Source of the DNA: Hormiphora californensis
Taxonomy: Eukaryota > Animalia > Ctenophora
Assembly (NCBI GenBank): GCA_020137815.1
Contig: CM035354.1
Location: 7,688,001 to 7,752,000 of the forward strand
Length of the DNA stretch: 64,000 nucleotides
Direction of reading: 5' to 3'
The notes under the pieces are model-generated. The model was given only the letters and a program-made list of their open reading frames with translations. It was not told the origin of the DNA and ran no database searches. This document shows, in pieces, positions 1 to 18,616 of the stretch. Made by a program: the position numbers and the translations under genes. How positions within the stretch are numbered: the stretch's first letter is position 1; the number at the start of each line of letters is the position of its first letter.

Positions 1-1661
1 TTCATCTTGCGAGTCGAGTGTGAGACGTTAGATAAGTAGTTAAGTTGGATTGTCAAAAGCTGGTTAGCAAGTGTCATGTGATTGGGAGTTAGCTAACTCT
101 AATTAGCTATGTGAGAAGTATACTGACAGCTAGATCGTACGCATCTCACATTACATTATGACCAAGCCTTGATCCTGTTGGCAATGTCACTGACATGTGA
201 AACGGCAGCTGTAGGGCAGGGAAACACAGCATTATGAATAAATAATGCAATAATTCTTGTTAATGTATAGGTTAGCCTTCTCATACAAGCTAAGGTGGCC
301 CATAAATTGTGATAGCGGGGGACGAGCCGTACCTCCGAAACGGTGATAGTTGTGCAAAAACGGGAACCAGGTGGAACAATAGTTCCATTTTTTGCAAGTT
401 ATGAGTTTTTTATTCAAAAGTTCATTTTTTATTCATGAACTATTTACACGTTCATATCGTGTGTTATGCCAGTCCAAATTGGCTGGAGGCACCGTCTGCG
501 GCCGATGGAGATGGTTTGTAGTTGGGAGCCGCAGTGGATCTCGCGTGTTCCGGAAATGGGTCGGACATTCAAAACAAGGAGTATTCAGAGCGGCTAACTA
601 ACATTTGGTGTAAGCTAGGTTTACAATGTTCCCCCATATACCATGTCCTAATGGCTAAGATATGCCACGATATTCCCCCTAGTAGATAGTTAAATCAGGG
701 TCCTTGAAGGATCAATGTTGATTCGGTTGCTAATTAGGCAAACCAGTGGCTGGATAAAATCAGTGTAGTGGTGCTAAATTCTTTGGCTGATATCCATTTC
801 AATGGCTGTTACCCAACCTAGTGATCACAGTGTGTATATACATGTAGTGGTTGCCGTAAAGTTGGAATTTACAGACTATCATTTCCACCTCAATCGTAAC
901 TAAGCAACTTGCACCCCGGACCTTTTAATGGGTGAGAGCTGTAGAGTCCGTAGCCACCACCGAATACTAAACATTGACAAAGTAAAACACGGCGCTTTTA
1001 TTTTTTACAGTCCAAACAATTCAACTTCTCAGTCATATCATAGCACTGGCAAGTGCCCCGGGCCCAAAAGGGGGGTGTGGGGGCACAGCCCCCACCATAA
1101 ACGGGGGTGTGGGGGCAGAGCCCCCACCTTAGAAATACCCTCTAACTCAAAAAACAAAAGAGAGAGCACACGCAACACTTCTACACACAAGCGCGTGAAA
1201 ACCTGCCAGTGCTACTATATACCATTGCAGATTTCGGGGTTTTTGATGCTTTAAAAAAGCATGTTCCAGATGAAGTAGAGAGCTGAAATTTTGTACTCTG
1301 AGGGCCCTCATATAGGAGAAGAGGCATACAAATTTTCAGAACGATCGGATGGAAGGTAAAAATTTGCCAGAGGGGTCCCAAAATGCAAAAATGTAAGGAG
1401 GGGGAGGGGAGGGGAGGGGGAGGAGGACGCTTTTTTATCTTTGAGTGTTCTCCTAAACCACAAATAGTAGAGACTTGCCGTTTGGAACAGTGGTTCCTTA
1501 CATCATTGCGCTCGGTAATAGCTGTGTGAGAACTTCGAAATCGCTATAGTTCATTAATTATTCATTAATTAGTCATTAAATATTCATTTTAACTATGGTT
1601 GCGATATGACACGACTCGAAGGTCATAAAGACTTGAAACTGGTCTTATTCGACGCGGAACG

Positions 1662-2062
1662 GTCGATTTATGGGGGGTCTTACTCGGGACAAAAATCTCT
1701 ATCTCGCACCGTTAAGCCGTTATTTGCATATTTATGCACCGATTCACGATTTTATGCATATTTTCAACATTTTCACTTCGGCTGGTCCTAGAACGTTTTC
1801 ATGGACATATTTCGACGCAAAATAGTCGATTTATGGGGGGTCGTCCCCCGGACAAAAAGTCGTATCTCGCACCGTTAAGCCGTTATTTGCATATTTATGC
1901 ACCGATTCATGATTTAATGCATATTCTTAATATTTCCACTTCGGCTGGTCCTAAAACGTTTTCATGGACATATTCCGGTGCAGAATAGTCGATTTATGGG
2001 GGGTCGTCCCCCTGACAAAAAGTCGTATCTCTCACTGTTTAGTCGTTATTCGCATATTTATG
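1662..2062. repeat. Tandem repeat, ~163-bp unit x ~2.5, probably internal to a non-autonomous element starting near 1040
   Basis: 'gtcgatttatggggggtc...gccgttatttgcatatttatgcaccgattca' recurs at ~1662, ~1825 and ~1988. Confidence 0.8.
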
Positions 2063-2138
2063 AACTATGTATTTAAATTCGAAAATATGCAGAAATCAGA
2101 AAAAATAGCTTTTTCTATTTAACACCAAAAAGAACAGA

Positions 2139-2559
2139 AATTAAGTCCAAAAACCAATTAAATAAATTAGTTTGGATGCCCGGGCCCATGTGGTGTCACG
2201 GGGGTAACACCTTTGGGCTATACTGTCATAAATGATGGATATCGAGAGAGATAAAGGCAAAGGAAATTAGGATAGAAAGAGTGAGATATAATCGAGAAAG
2301 ACGGAGAGATAAATAAGAGGAGAGAGAGAGAAAAAGAGAGATATAGTGAAAAAAACAGTGAGAGAGAAATAGTGTGAGAGAGAGAGAGAGAGTGAGAGAG
2401 AGAGAGAGACATATAGAGATAGAAAGATTGAAGGATAACAATTAACAATTAACGAGATATGCCGTTAATTTTGGCAGTAGCCTAAAGGTGTTACCCCCGT
2501 GACACCACATGGGCCCGGGCATCCAAACTAATTTATTTAATTGGTTTTTGGACTTAATT
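2139..2559. mobile_element. Small foldback/MITE: ~82-bp inverted arms around a GA-rich core
   Basis: 2139-2220 (aattaagtccaaaaacc...aacacctttgggcta) is the near-perfect reverse complement of 2478-2559; TTAA at both ends. Confidence 0.8.
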
Positions 2560-2629
2560 AACCTATAAACAAACCTATAAACAGTTCATTCGAAGTCAAG
2601 TTCAGATCCAATTCCAAAAGGCCGCCTCA

Positions 2630-3052
2630 TTACAGTTGCATTACAGTTGCAACTAGTATCCATACCATAGCAACTGCCCAGTTAATGAGGAGCTGGCCGG
2701 TTCCGTTAACACCAGTAGTGTTTGTGCCTGCCAAGTTGGTCTGGGAGGTTTTGTTTCCAGTCCCTTCTGGGGTAGTAGTAGTGTTGGTAGTAGTACTGGG
2801 TGTATCTCCATTACACAACGGCTCGAAGCACTGGGTACAGTTCTCGTACCAATCTCGGCAGGGTCCACACTGCCAGTTCCAGAACTCCGATGCTATGAAC
2901 CGTTTTGCACATCCTTCGTCGTCCGTGCAGGGCCCGATTTCAGTGGGCGTGTCTGAAGGACCAGTAAATGATTGGCCACCGTAACATTGCAGTGCCAACA
3001 CTGTTGTACCAACTAGGGCACTTGCAACCAGGATCTTACTGAAGGTCTGCAT
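2630..3052 (-). CDS. Secreted/GPI-anchored Ly6/uPAR (three-finger)-like protein, 140 aa
   Basis: Signal peptide, LQCY start, 8 Cys ending in the CN motif, Thr-rich stalk, hydrophobic C-terminal GPI-type signal; acceptor-like 'tttctag' plus Kozak 'ccaccATG'. Confidence 0.7.
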   Translation of the reverse strand: MQTFSKILVASALVGTTVLALQCYGGQSFTGPSDTPTEIGPCTDDEGCAKRFIASEFWNWQCGPCRDWYENCTQCFEPLCNGDTPSTTTNTTTTPEGTGNKTSQTNLAGTNTTGVNGTGQLLINWAVAMVWILVATVMQL

Positions 3053-3127
3053 GGTGGCTAGAAAGGGAATAATATTTGGTTAATATTTTCAAATATAATA
3101 TGTTAAAATGAGAATAGACAAAACAGA

Positions 3128-3382
3128 ATTGGACATTATTGTTGGAGTTATTAGAGCGTAGCTCTCTGAGCATTTTGTCTTTCTCCAGTTTATCTCAGAG
3201 ATATATACTGACTGTGAGTAAACTTCTCTCTGCAATGTCTGTGTGGACAATGCCTAAACTTTCCCGTGCTTCTACAGTCTACAGAGAGAGAATTTTACCC
3301 ATGGGTATATTTAGAGCGGGAAAATTCAAAATGCTCAGATAGACTCTCTGATAGAGCTATCTCCCCAACAATCTGATCCAAT
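3128..3382. mobile_element. Degenerate palindromic MITE-like element
   Basis: Imperfect inverted repeat: 'ttggacattattgttgg...ctgagcattttg' vs 'caaaatgctcag...ccaacaatctgatccaa'. Confidence 0.5.
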
Positions 3383-3556
3383 CCTATTTCTATCTACCCT
3401 AACTATACTATATATGTCTTAGGAAAAAGTCATTGCAACAGTTTTAGGCATGCCTAAATTCCAAAAGGAAGTAAAAAGGATTTTAGATCACAATGTTAAG
3501 TAAATAATATAACCTGACAACTGGGATAAATCAAAACGATCGATAGGGATCCCTAT

Positions 3557-3801
3557 TCCCTAAAAAAGTTCAGTATTTACACAGCGTTTACACAGACTTA
3601 ACACCCAGAGCGCCCGCACCGCTGCGTCTTTTTTGCACTATTTGCAGCGTTTTTGGAAACTTTTTTCGCCGCAGCGGGGCCGCAGCATACAATCCAATAT
3701 TTTCTTGAAAAAAGCCGCAAAACGCAGCATGCGCCGCTCTGGGTGTAACTACTGCGTAAAGACTGTGTAAGCGCTGTGTAAATACTGAACCTTTTTAGGG
3801 A
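3557..3801. mobile_element. MITE with ~30-60 bp TIRs
   Basis: 'tccctaaaaaagttcagtatttacacagcg' vs 'cgctgtgtaaatactgaacctttttaggga'. Confidence 0.8.
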
Positions 3802-3854
3802 TCCTTATAATATGATAATTTAAAATCTTTGGTTTCAAGTCCCTTACAAGCATA

Positions 3855-4286
3855 ATGTCCATTTTTTTCAACTGTTCACCCCCCAAAGTCGTGTGCGGAA
3901 TTGTTTTGCGCGTTTATCACATGTTAACGTGTAGCGCGCACAGCGCAAATTAAAATATCGCACGCGCACGAGTTGAGGGGTGAACAGTTGAATAAAAATG
4001 GACTTTAATATAAACATATATGATAGGAGACGCTGCGTCATCGATGCGACGTTTTGTACTGTAAAGTCGGCGTGTTACAGTAAATGCATTTGAAATGGTG
4101 TGGGTTTGCGCTGCGTCCATTATTATAAACTATCCACAGGTTTTTCTATAACTAAAGACCAATTTTTTCAACTATTCAGGCTCAAACTTGTGCGTATGCG
4201 ATATTTTAATTTCTTACATTTTTACATGTGATAGGCACGCAAAACAAATCTGCACACGAAATTGGGGAGTTGAAAAAAAGACTTAA
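3855..4286. mobile_element. Cluster of MITEs of the 'taaagtc(c/g)...gacttta' family
   Basis: 'gtccattttttt caactgttcacccc...ggggtgaacagttgaataaaaatggacttta' (3857-4007) plus a degenerate copy at ~4153-4286; same family at 8994-9309 and 37251-37290. Confidence 0.65.
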
Positions 4287-4734
4287 AGCCCGACCGTTTT
4301 TTTTATTAACAATTACCCCCCCCCCCCCTAATACAGGTTCGATCATTCAAAGGCAAGCCCCTGATAGACATTAGGGAGTTGTATATGGGCCCAAAAGGTC
4401 CGGCGCCCGGCAAGAAGGGGATATCTCTATCGGTAACGGAGTGGAGGGAGCTATGTGATCTAATGGAAAATATTGACGAGGAAATTCAGAAAATCACATG
4501 ATATGTTGATTCGCATGTCACCAATAACTACCATTTAGATGACCAAGTCTTCTAAAAACGCCTTGTTTTTTTAACTTATTTTGTCATTCGATAAATTTAT
4601 TTTTCTCAACATGTTTACACTTTACAAGTGTTGTTTATTCTGATTGCTCCCTTTCCGACTAAAAGTGTCCCCAATTGATCGACTCTCCACAAGATCTCTA
4701 TAGTAGTTTCACATGTAACTCTCCCCTTAGTACC

Positions 4735-10572
<5,838 letters not shown>

Positions 10573-11044
10573 ATTCAACGAACTGTAACGTCATACTAAC
10601 TGTACTTCTACGTTGTACTGATACTCTTATATAAGTTTGGACTATTTTAAAAAGAGGGAACTGTCTTGTTTTTAAGAATGATTTAGACTGAAATACTGCA
10701 ACACTTCTGTTCTTCTCAATTGCTGTAGCGAACTGTAAATATATGATATTTGTACTCCGTAATCTGTACTTGTTTTGCCGTGTATCAGTTCACGTCACTC
10801 GTGACGTCATTTGAAGCGTTACAAAGCAGCGCGAAATATTTAAAACTTCACCGCGTATACCGCCGCGCGTTAGAAAGTTACAAGTTGAAATACTTTTCCT
10901 CCGCAAACAACCCTGTGCGGGGTCTTCGTCAGCAAGTGTGACAGGCGTCAGCGTTGTTGTGTCCCGTCTTCTTGCTCAACCCCAGATAGTGTTCAGTATC
11001 TGTTTGTTCAGGTGTAGTTCACCAATCCCCTCTCTCTCTTTAGC

Positions 11045-13085
11045 ATGGCCGCTCCCAACACCTACTACCGTGGATTCATCAAGCAGATCAACTCTGGAGA
11101 TACTGTTGTAATCCGAGGAAAGCCCCGGGGCGGACCACCTCAGGAGCAGACCATTATTCTGAGTCACATCACTGCCCCAAAACTTGGCAGGAGGCCAATT
11201 GGAAATGATGATGCCACTATTGACGAAGTAATTATATTCGCCTTTTTTATGTCTTCATCGTTCCTATATCTGTCACTATATTTCCCTGTTTAGTCCTCTC
11301 CTCTTGTTAACCAATATTCGCCTAAAGTAGATAATTCTGGCTAGTTACACATTTGTTTATTGTTAACCTCTCTCTTCTTCAGCCCTACGCATGGGAGAGC
11401 CGTGAGTTCCTCCGAAAGTTGACTGTGGGAAAGGAAGTCAGTTATGTTGTGGAATATGTCATCCCTAAAAGTGACAGAAAGTGCTGCCTCGTCTACCTGG
11501 GTAAGTGTTGCTGTTAAAATTTAATGATATTTGCACAGCAGATAGCATTTTGGTGTGTTTCTAAGCACTGCCCCCTGATGTATGTGTGTAACACACAGTG
11601 TGTTTGTGTGTGACTGTGTGGGGTACCCGGTCAACCACCACTGATCACTGACCATGAAGTCCCGCCGGGGGTTCCAGTTGAACATTCGGTGGTGGTGACA
11701 TTAGGCAGGGTGATAGGTTTGTTCAGATTGTGGGTTCGTCACCCAGGAAATCTCAAAACACAGGGGTTTACCGGGTTCCTAACTGTAGTCTCAGGGGGGT
11801 AATCACAGGGGTTTACCGGGTTCCTAACTGTAGTCTCAGGGGGGGGGGGGGTAATCTCGCACACTTCAATCTTCACTGGTCACAGAAACTCTGGTCGCAT
11901 ATGGAACCCAAAGTACTTAATTGCTCACAGATACCGTCACGAAATACGGGCAAGTTCTTCCTCAACTAATGATGGTAGGCCGTAGGTGCTCTCGGGCAAT
12001 AAAATGCACACCTCTATCAAAACTTTTTTGGCTACCTCAGTATTGGTAGTCTTCTTATAAAAACCCGGCATTGGTGATAGACTAGAAAGAGTTTCACATC
12101 TTCTCTATTTTGTACCTTTGGCTTGATCTTGGTCTCCAGCAGCCGTTCCATCAAAGGTGTCATGTGGGGGGAAACGGTTTTGCATGTTTTGTTTGGCGAA
12201 GAATCCACTAACTACTTTCCTATTTATTGAATATTGCCCACGACTGGCTGTTGCCCGTAACTATTGTAACTCTTGTAATATTACTGAATATCACACTGTG
12301 TAATGTGTGTATGTGTGTGTTCCAGGTAACGGGGTCGAGGGTCCCTGTATCAACGAGGAGATGGTGAAAGCAGGATGGGCTGGTGTCAGATCTGGACAGA
12401 ACAAAAACTCTGAGTAAGTTGTTAACCTTCAACCAATATCCCCCTTTTTTAACAGAGTTGGGAACTTTCAACTCCTATCTCCCCTATACTACCTCCCCCT
12501 CTTCAGTATCCTCCCCGTCTCTAGTCTCCTCCCCCTCTCGACCCCCTTTCTCTAGTCTCCTCCCCCTCTCCACTCCCTCCCCCTCAGAGAGATGGGAAAG
12601 TACGAGGGTCTGCTGGCTGAGGCTGTTGCCGCTGGACTGGGCATCCATAACGAGGAGGGGCGGGAAGCTGCAGTGAGGAATGTGACCTGGACCCACGAGG
12701 ACCCCAGGGCTCTCTTTGACGAGATGAAGGGGAAACCTGTTGCTGGTTAGTTAGAATCTTTTGGAAGTTTTCTAGTTTGCTGTTTTTAGGGGTTGCATTG
12801 TTTCCAGTCAGTTATAGTACACGTCACCCCCTCATGTTTGGTGGACCCAATTATCATGGTGGTACATAACTGGTGTTGAGTTGCGATGTACTTGAGTTCC
12901 CATGTACTTGCCACGTGGTTACTCTCACAGCAGTCTCTAACAGCTGATATTATCTTCTTTTCTCTAACAACTGATATACCCGGTCTCTTTCTTTCCATCC
13001 AGTCCTTAGGTTCACTCCTAACTTCTAACAACAACTGGGATGAACAAAGACATGCTCACACACCTCAACTCTCTCTCTCTCTCGC

Positions 13086-13134
<49 letters not shown>

Positions 13135-13189
13135 ATCTCTCTCGCTCTGTCTCTCTCTCTCTCTCTCTATCTCTATCTCTCTCGCTCTG

Positions 13190-13220
<31 letters not shown>

Positions 13221-16200
13221 ATCTCTCTCTCTCTCTCTCTCTCACTCTCTATCTCTCTCTCTCTCTCTCACTCACAGCTCACTTACCCCTCACACACCCA
13301 CATATGGCACACTGCTTCTCTTTGTGTACACTCGCCGGAAGTGTAAAGCAGAGAGATAGAGAGAGACGGAGAGAGGGAGAGAGAGAAGGTTAAAGGAGAG
13401 ATAGAGAGAGAAGGAGAGAGGGGGAAGAGGTACTACGAATAATTTTGTGTGTGTGGTGCTGTTATCACAAGCTAAACCTCCTCCAATGAAAGAGGTTTTC
13501 ACCCCTTCTCTCCTCCCTCTCTTTTCCCCTCATTCCCTCCTTAGTCCTTTCCTGTCGGTAACCCTATACACAACCTCTATTATCATACTACATGATTACA
13601 TACTAATACTGGTTTTATAGCACTCGTTTTTCTTGGAACCCTGTTTCCAAACCCCCTCCCTTTATCACCCCTCCTTCTCTCACCAACCTCCCGTTATCAC
13701 CCCCTCCTTCTCTCACCTCCCTTCCTTTACCAGGTGTTGTTGAGTCAGTTCGAGATGGCAGCACGATAAGGTTGCTCCTCCTTCCCTCCATGAACTATAT
13801 CACCCTCATGCTGACTGGTGTCCGGTGTGCTGCTATCAAACCTGATGGAACCACCGAGGAACACGCTGAAGAGGTAATGAGGGGGGGGGGGCAGGGAGGG
13901 GGATGAGGAGGGCTAGAGATCAGGGGGGCAGTGATCTATCTTTGGGAAGGGGGTGATGTGTGCCATTGAGGGGGGTGATGGTAATGAAGTGGGGAGAAAA
14001 TGAGAAATTAAGTTCAACATGGGGGTTGAGTAATATATGGGAAATATTACCGGATGTGGAGTAATGATTTACATACCGAGACACCTTACCATTAATATTT
14101 CAGGCTAGGTATGCTGTTGAAAGTCGCCTACTGAATAGAGATGTAGAGATTATGCTTGAAGGTATATATGTATACATTCTACATTTCTCTCTTCTTTGAT
14201 CTACTGCCACACCTTTCATGAACATATGATATGATACATGTCTGTTTAACTCTTCACATCCCTTTAATTTGCAGGTACCTCTGGCAACATTGGCAATGCA
14301 CGAAATCAGAACTTTGTTGGCACTGTTGTTAAGCCTGTAAGTTTACCAATAATTGTATAATCATGTACACAGTAAATACCGGGCGGTGTGACCCCAAGGT
14401 TGTATTGCTGCAGAGCCGGTGTGTTGTCGTGACTGTAACGCGCCAAGGTTCGCTAGTGTGGAGTGATTCGCGCTGTCATTCGCAACTGTGACGCAGCACT
14501 GCGCGCCTCTTCTCCTGTTTGAATTGAAGGGCTCCTCCTCCCCTGCAGCAGCCGACACGCTCGCCACTCACTAACAAGCTAACACCCTCTGTTTCTCTCC
14601 CTCAGGGCAATATCTCACTGTTCCTTCTGAAGGAGGGCCTCGCTAAATGCGTGGATTGGAGTATGAAGCTCCTTCCTGAGACAGAGACATACAGGGCTGC
14701 TGTCAAATCTGCCAAACTCGCCAAGAAGAGACTTTGGAAAAACTGGGAAGGTGCGAGATCTTCACACACACACTTCACACACTACTCTCGGTATCTTTCA
14801 ATCAAACACCTTTCAATCACACCCCCACTGTCTCCCTGCATTACCTTTTTTTAATACCCCCTCTTTCAGGTCATATCAGCTCAGTGCCAAAGGACCAGAA
14901 GGAGTTCTCTGGCAAGGTCACCGAGGTTGTCAACGGAGAGGTGATCATTGTGAAGAACGGACCTATTTCTAAGAGGGTCACATTCAGTTCTATCAGACAA
15001 CCCAGACCTGCCGAGGGGCAAGACGCTGGTCCTCCCTCCAAGGCCCTCTACGAGGTTCCTTACCTATTCGAGGCTCGAGAGTTCCTTCGAAAACGTCTCA
15101 TTGGAAAGAAGGTGTCAGTGTCAGTTGACTACGTAAAACCAGCTAATAACGGATATCCAGAGAGGCAGTATGCTAGTGTGTTCCTGGGTGCCCAAAACAT
15201 TCAGGAGGCGCTGGTTAGCAAGGGTCTTGCTACTGTTGTGATGCACAGACAGGATGACGATGAGAGGGCCGCTAACTATGATGTACTTAATGCTGCCATC
15301 GACAAGGCCAAGAAGGTAATTATACACATAGACACAGTGCTGGAACTGAGTTCTCTATTCCAATAACTCAACTTTTCCTTCCTCTCCCACACGTTGTGCA
15401 GGAGCCCTTGGTCTGCAACGGATTACTAGGGGTTATTTCATAACCAAGTCATAACCTACTTCTAGGAACTAATCATCTCTCACCCCAGAACAGGGTTGGA
15501 ATTCACAAGGGAGGGGAGCCTCCAGTACACAAGGTTGCAGATCTAGCCGGGAACCCTGCCAAGGCCAAGGGATTCCTCCCCTTCCTGCAGAGGGCTGAGA
15601 GAGTCATGGCAGTTGTTGAATTTGTTTCCAGTGGCAGCCGAGCCAGGGTGTACATTCCCAGGGAGACGTGTCTAGCTACCATCCTACTCAGTGGTATCTC
15701 GTAAGTATTGGGGGTGGTGGTGCACATTGTAATGGGGGACATGGTGTTTCAAGTCGATATTTTACAAAACAAGGTTTACTAATTTATCTCTTTTCTCCTC
15801 CAGATGCCCCAAAGCTGCCCGTCCGTCCATTAAGGGCATGCCTGCAGTTGCAGCCGAGCCATTTGGAGATGAAGCCCTAGAATTTATCCGGGAACACATC
15901 ATGCAAAGAGAGGTTGAGATCGAGGTAGAAGCATGCGATAAGGCTGGAAACTTCATCGGTTACCTCTTCGCTGACGATAAGAACATGTCAGTTGAACTTG
16001 TTAAGGAGGGACTTGCCTCAGTTCACTCCTCAGCTGAGAGGGGCAAATACTACGATCAGTTGAGCCGAGCAGAGGCTGAGTGCCGGGCTGCCCGCAAGAA
16101 GATCTGGAAGGATTATGTGGAGACAATTGTGGAGAAGGATGAGGGTCAGGATGCCACAGACAGTAACACCACCGCGACCAAGGAGGCTTCTGAAACGGTA

Positions 16201-17447
16201 AGAATGGAAAGAGAGATGTGGGCAGTGGCAACTTATATCATGATAGGTGCAATCCCCTGTCCCCTTATCCCCATCCCATCTCCCCTTGTCCCCTAATCCC
16301 CATGCACCCTAATCCCCATACCCCCTAATGACCCCTTGCTCCCTCAGGAAGTTGTTGTTACTCACATGGACAACTGCTCTAAACTATGGGTGCAGAGGTG
16401 TAGTGAGGGACCCGCCCTGGTATCACTGATGAACCAAATGCGAGCAGATCTGATCTCCAACCCTCCCCTTGCTGGCAGTTTCACACCCAAAACAAACGAG
16501 ATCTGTGCAGCTATCTTCCCTGTCGACAACAACTGGTAAGAGATACATATATTCCACATCCAGTAACACCATCGCATGTCCCAAGACGTCGATCCCTTAC
16601 CCCCCTCTATCATCTATAAATTGTATTGCGTGATCCAGTGACCAGTATTAACAATCTCTAACCAGGTACCGAGCTAAGGTAGTAAAGGTTCACCGTGATA
16701 CTGGCCTGTACGATGTGTTGTTTATTGACTATGGAAACCAAGCTAACGTGTCGACAGTGGCCCCTATTGCCCACCAGTACAGTTCACCAGCAGGAGCAGC
16801 AGCAGAGTGCCAGTTGGCCTTCATTGTACCACCTGAGGATGAGGAATGGGCTGCTGACAGTATGCGGGAACTTGGAGTAAGTGTGGCCTTGTCTCATCCC
16901 GTGATCTAGTCGGTCTAGGCTGTAGCATTGTTAAATGTTCTCTGACACTCACACTGCCCCCTTCTTCTTCTTTGTCGAGGGTGTCTTAACTACTTTGTCC
17001 CCTGTGACCCACGGATCCTACCTCACTCCTAACCCCTTGTCCCCTGCAGTCACTGCTGAACAGTAAGCTGGTCCTCAAGACAGTAGCAAAGATTGCTGGT
17101 GTCGAACAAGTGTCAGTGAGTGCCGGAGGAACTGATCTTGCTACTCATCTTCTCTCCAATGGTCTTGTCGAGTTCGAGAAACAGAAAAACAGGACACGAT
17201 TCGGAACACTGGTAGGTGCTGTTGTTTACACTCTCTTGTTCTGTCTGACTACCTGGCCACCAGCTTAGTTATTATACAACTGGAGATCTTTCTATCTCGT
17301 CAAAAAACACAAACTAACTCTCGCTATTTATTCCAGATGTCCAAGTATGAAGCTGCTATGACAGATGCCCGGAAAAACAGGAGGAACCGATTCCGATACG
17401 GAGACTTCACCTCTGATGACGCTAAAGAGTTTGGATACTCGAAATAA
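11045..17447 (+). CDS. SND1: Staphylococcal nuclease and Tudor domain-containing protein 1 (Tudor-SN/p100), multi-exon
   Basis: MAAPNTYYRGFIKQINSGDTVVIRGKPRGGPPQEQTIILSHITAPKLGRR; EPYAWESREFLRK; LFEAREFLRKRLIGKKVSVSVDY; AEPFGDEALEFIREHIMQREVEIEVEACDKAGNFIG; Tudor segment CAAIFPVDNNWYRAKV...VLFIDYGN; C-terminal RYGDFTSDDAKEFG. Confidence 0.97.
13068..13272. repeat. (CT)n-type microsatellite, SND1 intron
   Basis: Direct inspection. Confidence 0.95.
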
Positions 17448-18616
17448 TTCCACAGTGTGTTTTTGTGAATCAGGGTGTGTGTGACGAACTGTGCCCTCTC
17501 GTTTTAAACGTGACACGTATTTATTACAATATTGAATACAAATGCGGGAATAATAGCTTGATTTTTACTAACACACAACGACACACACGAATACTGTTTC
17601 CCCACCCAATTACCTTTTTACCCCCTAATCCTAATTATATAATGGGGCAATTTATTGTGGCATTTTGAACTGGTCTGTGTTGTTCTGTGTATCATACAGT
17701 GTGTTTGAGCAAAAGTGATTTGTTAAAAAGATTTAGGTATTTTCAACAGACTGAAAGAAGCTCGTTTTACTTATTTTTCCTCAGCGATATAATACCATTG
17801 AAACACTTTACGCGCCATAATTTTATTCTTGCGCTGCCTTTAAAGCCGCGCAGTTTGACTTCCAGCAACAACGCGCGGCGCCTTAAATAAAATTTTAACT
17901 TTTCTCAACTTCGTTTTTTAAACGGTTTTTAATTGGCATGCGCTGCAGACCCCAAGTGCGCGCGTTTTCCACGGCTTCTAGGGCCTGTAGCATAGGCCAA
18001 GGTTTTTAATTTTTAAAGCCGGATTTTTTCCCCGCCCGGGTGAATGCCGAAGGCATTCACCCGGATGCCTTTTGTAAAAAGGCATAGGGGTTTAGGATTC
18101 GACAATTTTAGTTTTACATACTAGTGAGGTGTCACGCTTTGATGTAACGTAACCTCCTGAGTTGCTGTTGGCAACTATCCAGTGCGGAATGCTGTCACTT
18201 ACTGACTGAACACAACAGGAAATTCGCGCGCATGTGCGCGGCGCCTTTATGTTGCACTTGCGATTACAATTGTTCATAGATTTGTCATCGCGCCCTACGT
18301 CATTGTGCAATGAACATTGTTCTGCATTTGTGATCGGAACTGCGACTTATTATTACTAGGATATCACATAGCTCAGGCAACCCATCAGCTATACCGGCTC
18401 ACGTATCAGTGCCCAATTAGAAGCAGGTGTGGCAACTGGCACATGCCAGATCACATGGTTGGCGGGGAAACCAGGCGATATGACATCATATCGCAATTAT
18501 TCTTGTTTTAAGTTGTCTTCTCGCGGTCGTCTTAAATTTGTTCGGATTCACCATTGGTGTTCGATGTATTAAATAATACTAGATTAAACATGAATCTGAT
18601 ATTTTTCGGTAGGGAG

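Noticed and set aside
1-1254. Short ORFs at the window start
   Set aside because: No recognisable domain or consistent exon chain
11045-17447. Functional link between Tudor-SN and nearby dsRNA-forming foldbacks or the RNase
   Set aside because: Proximity alone in a gene-dense animal genome is not evidence
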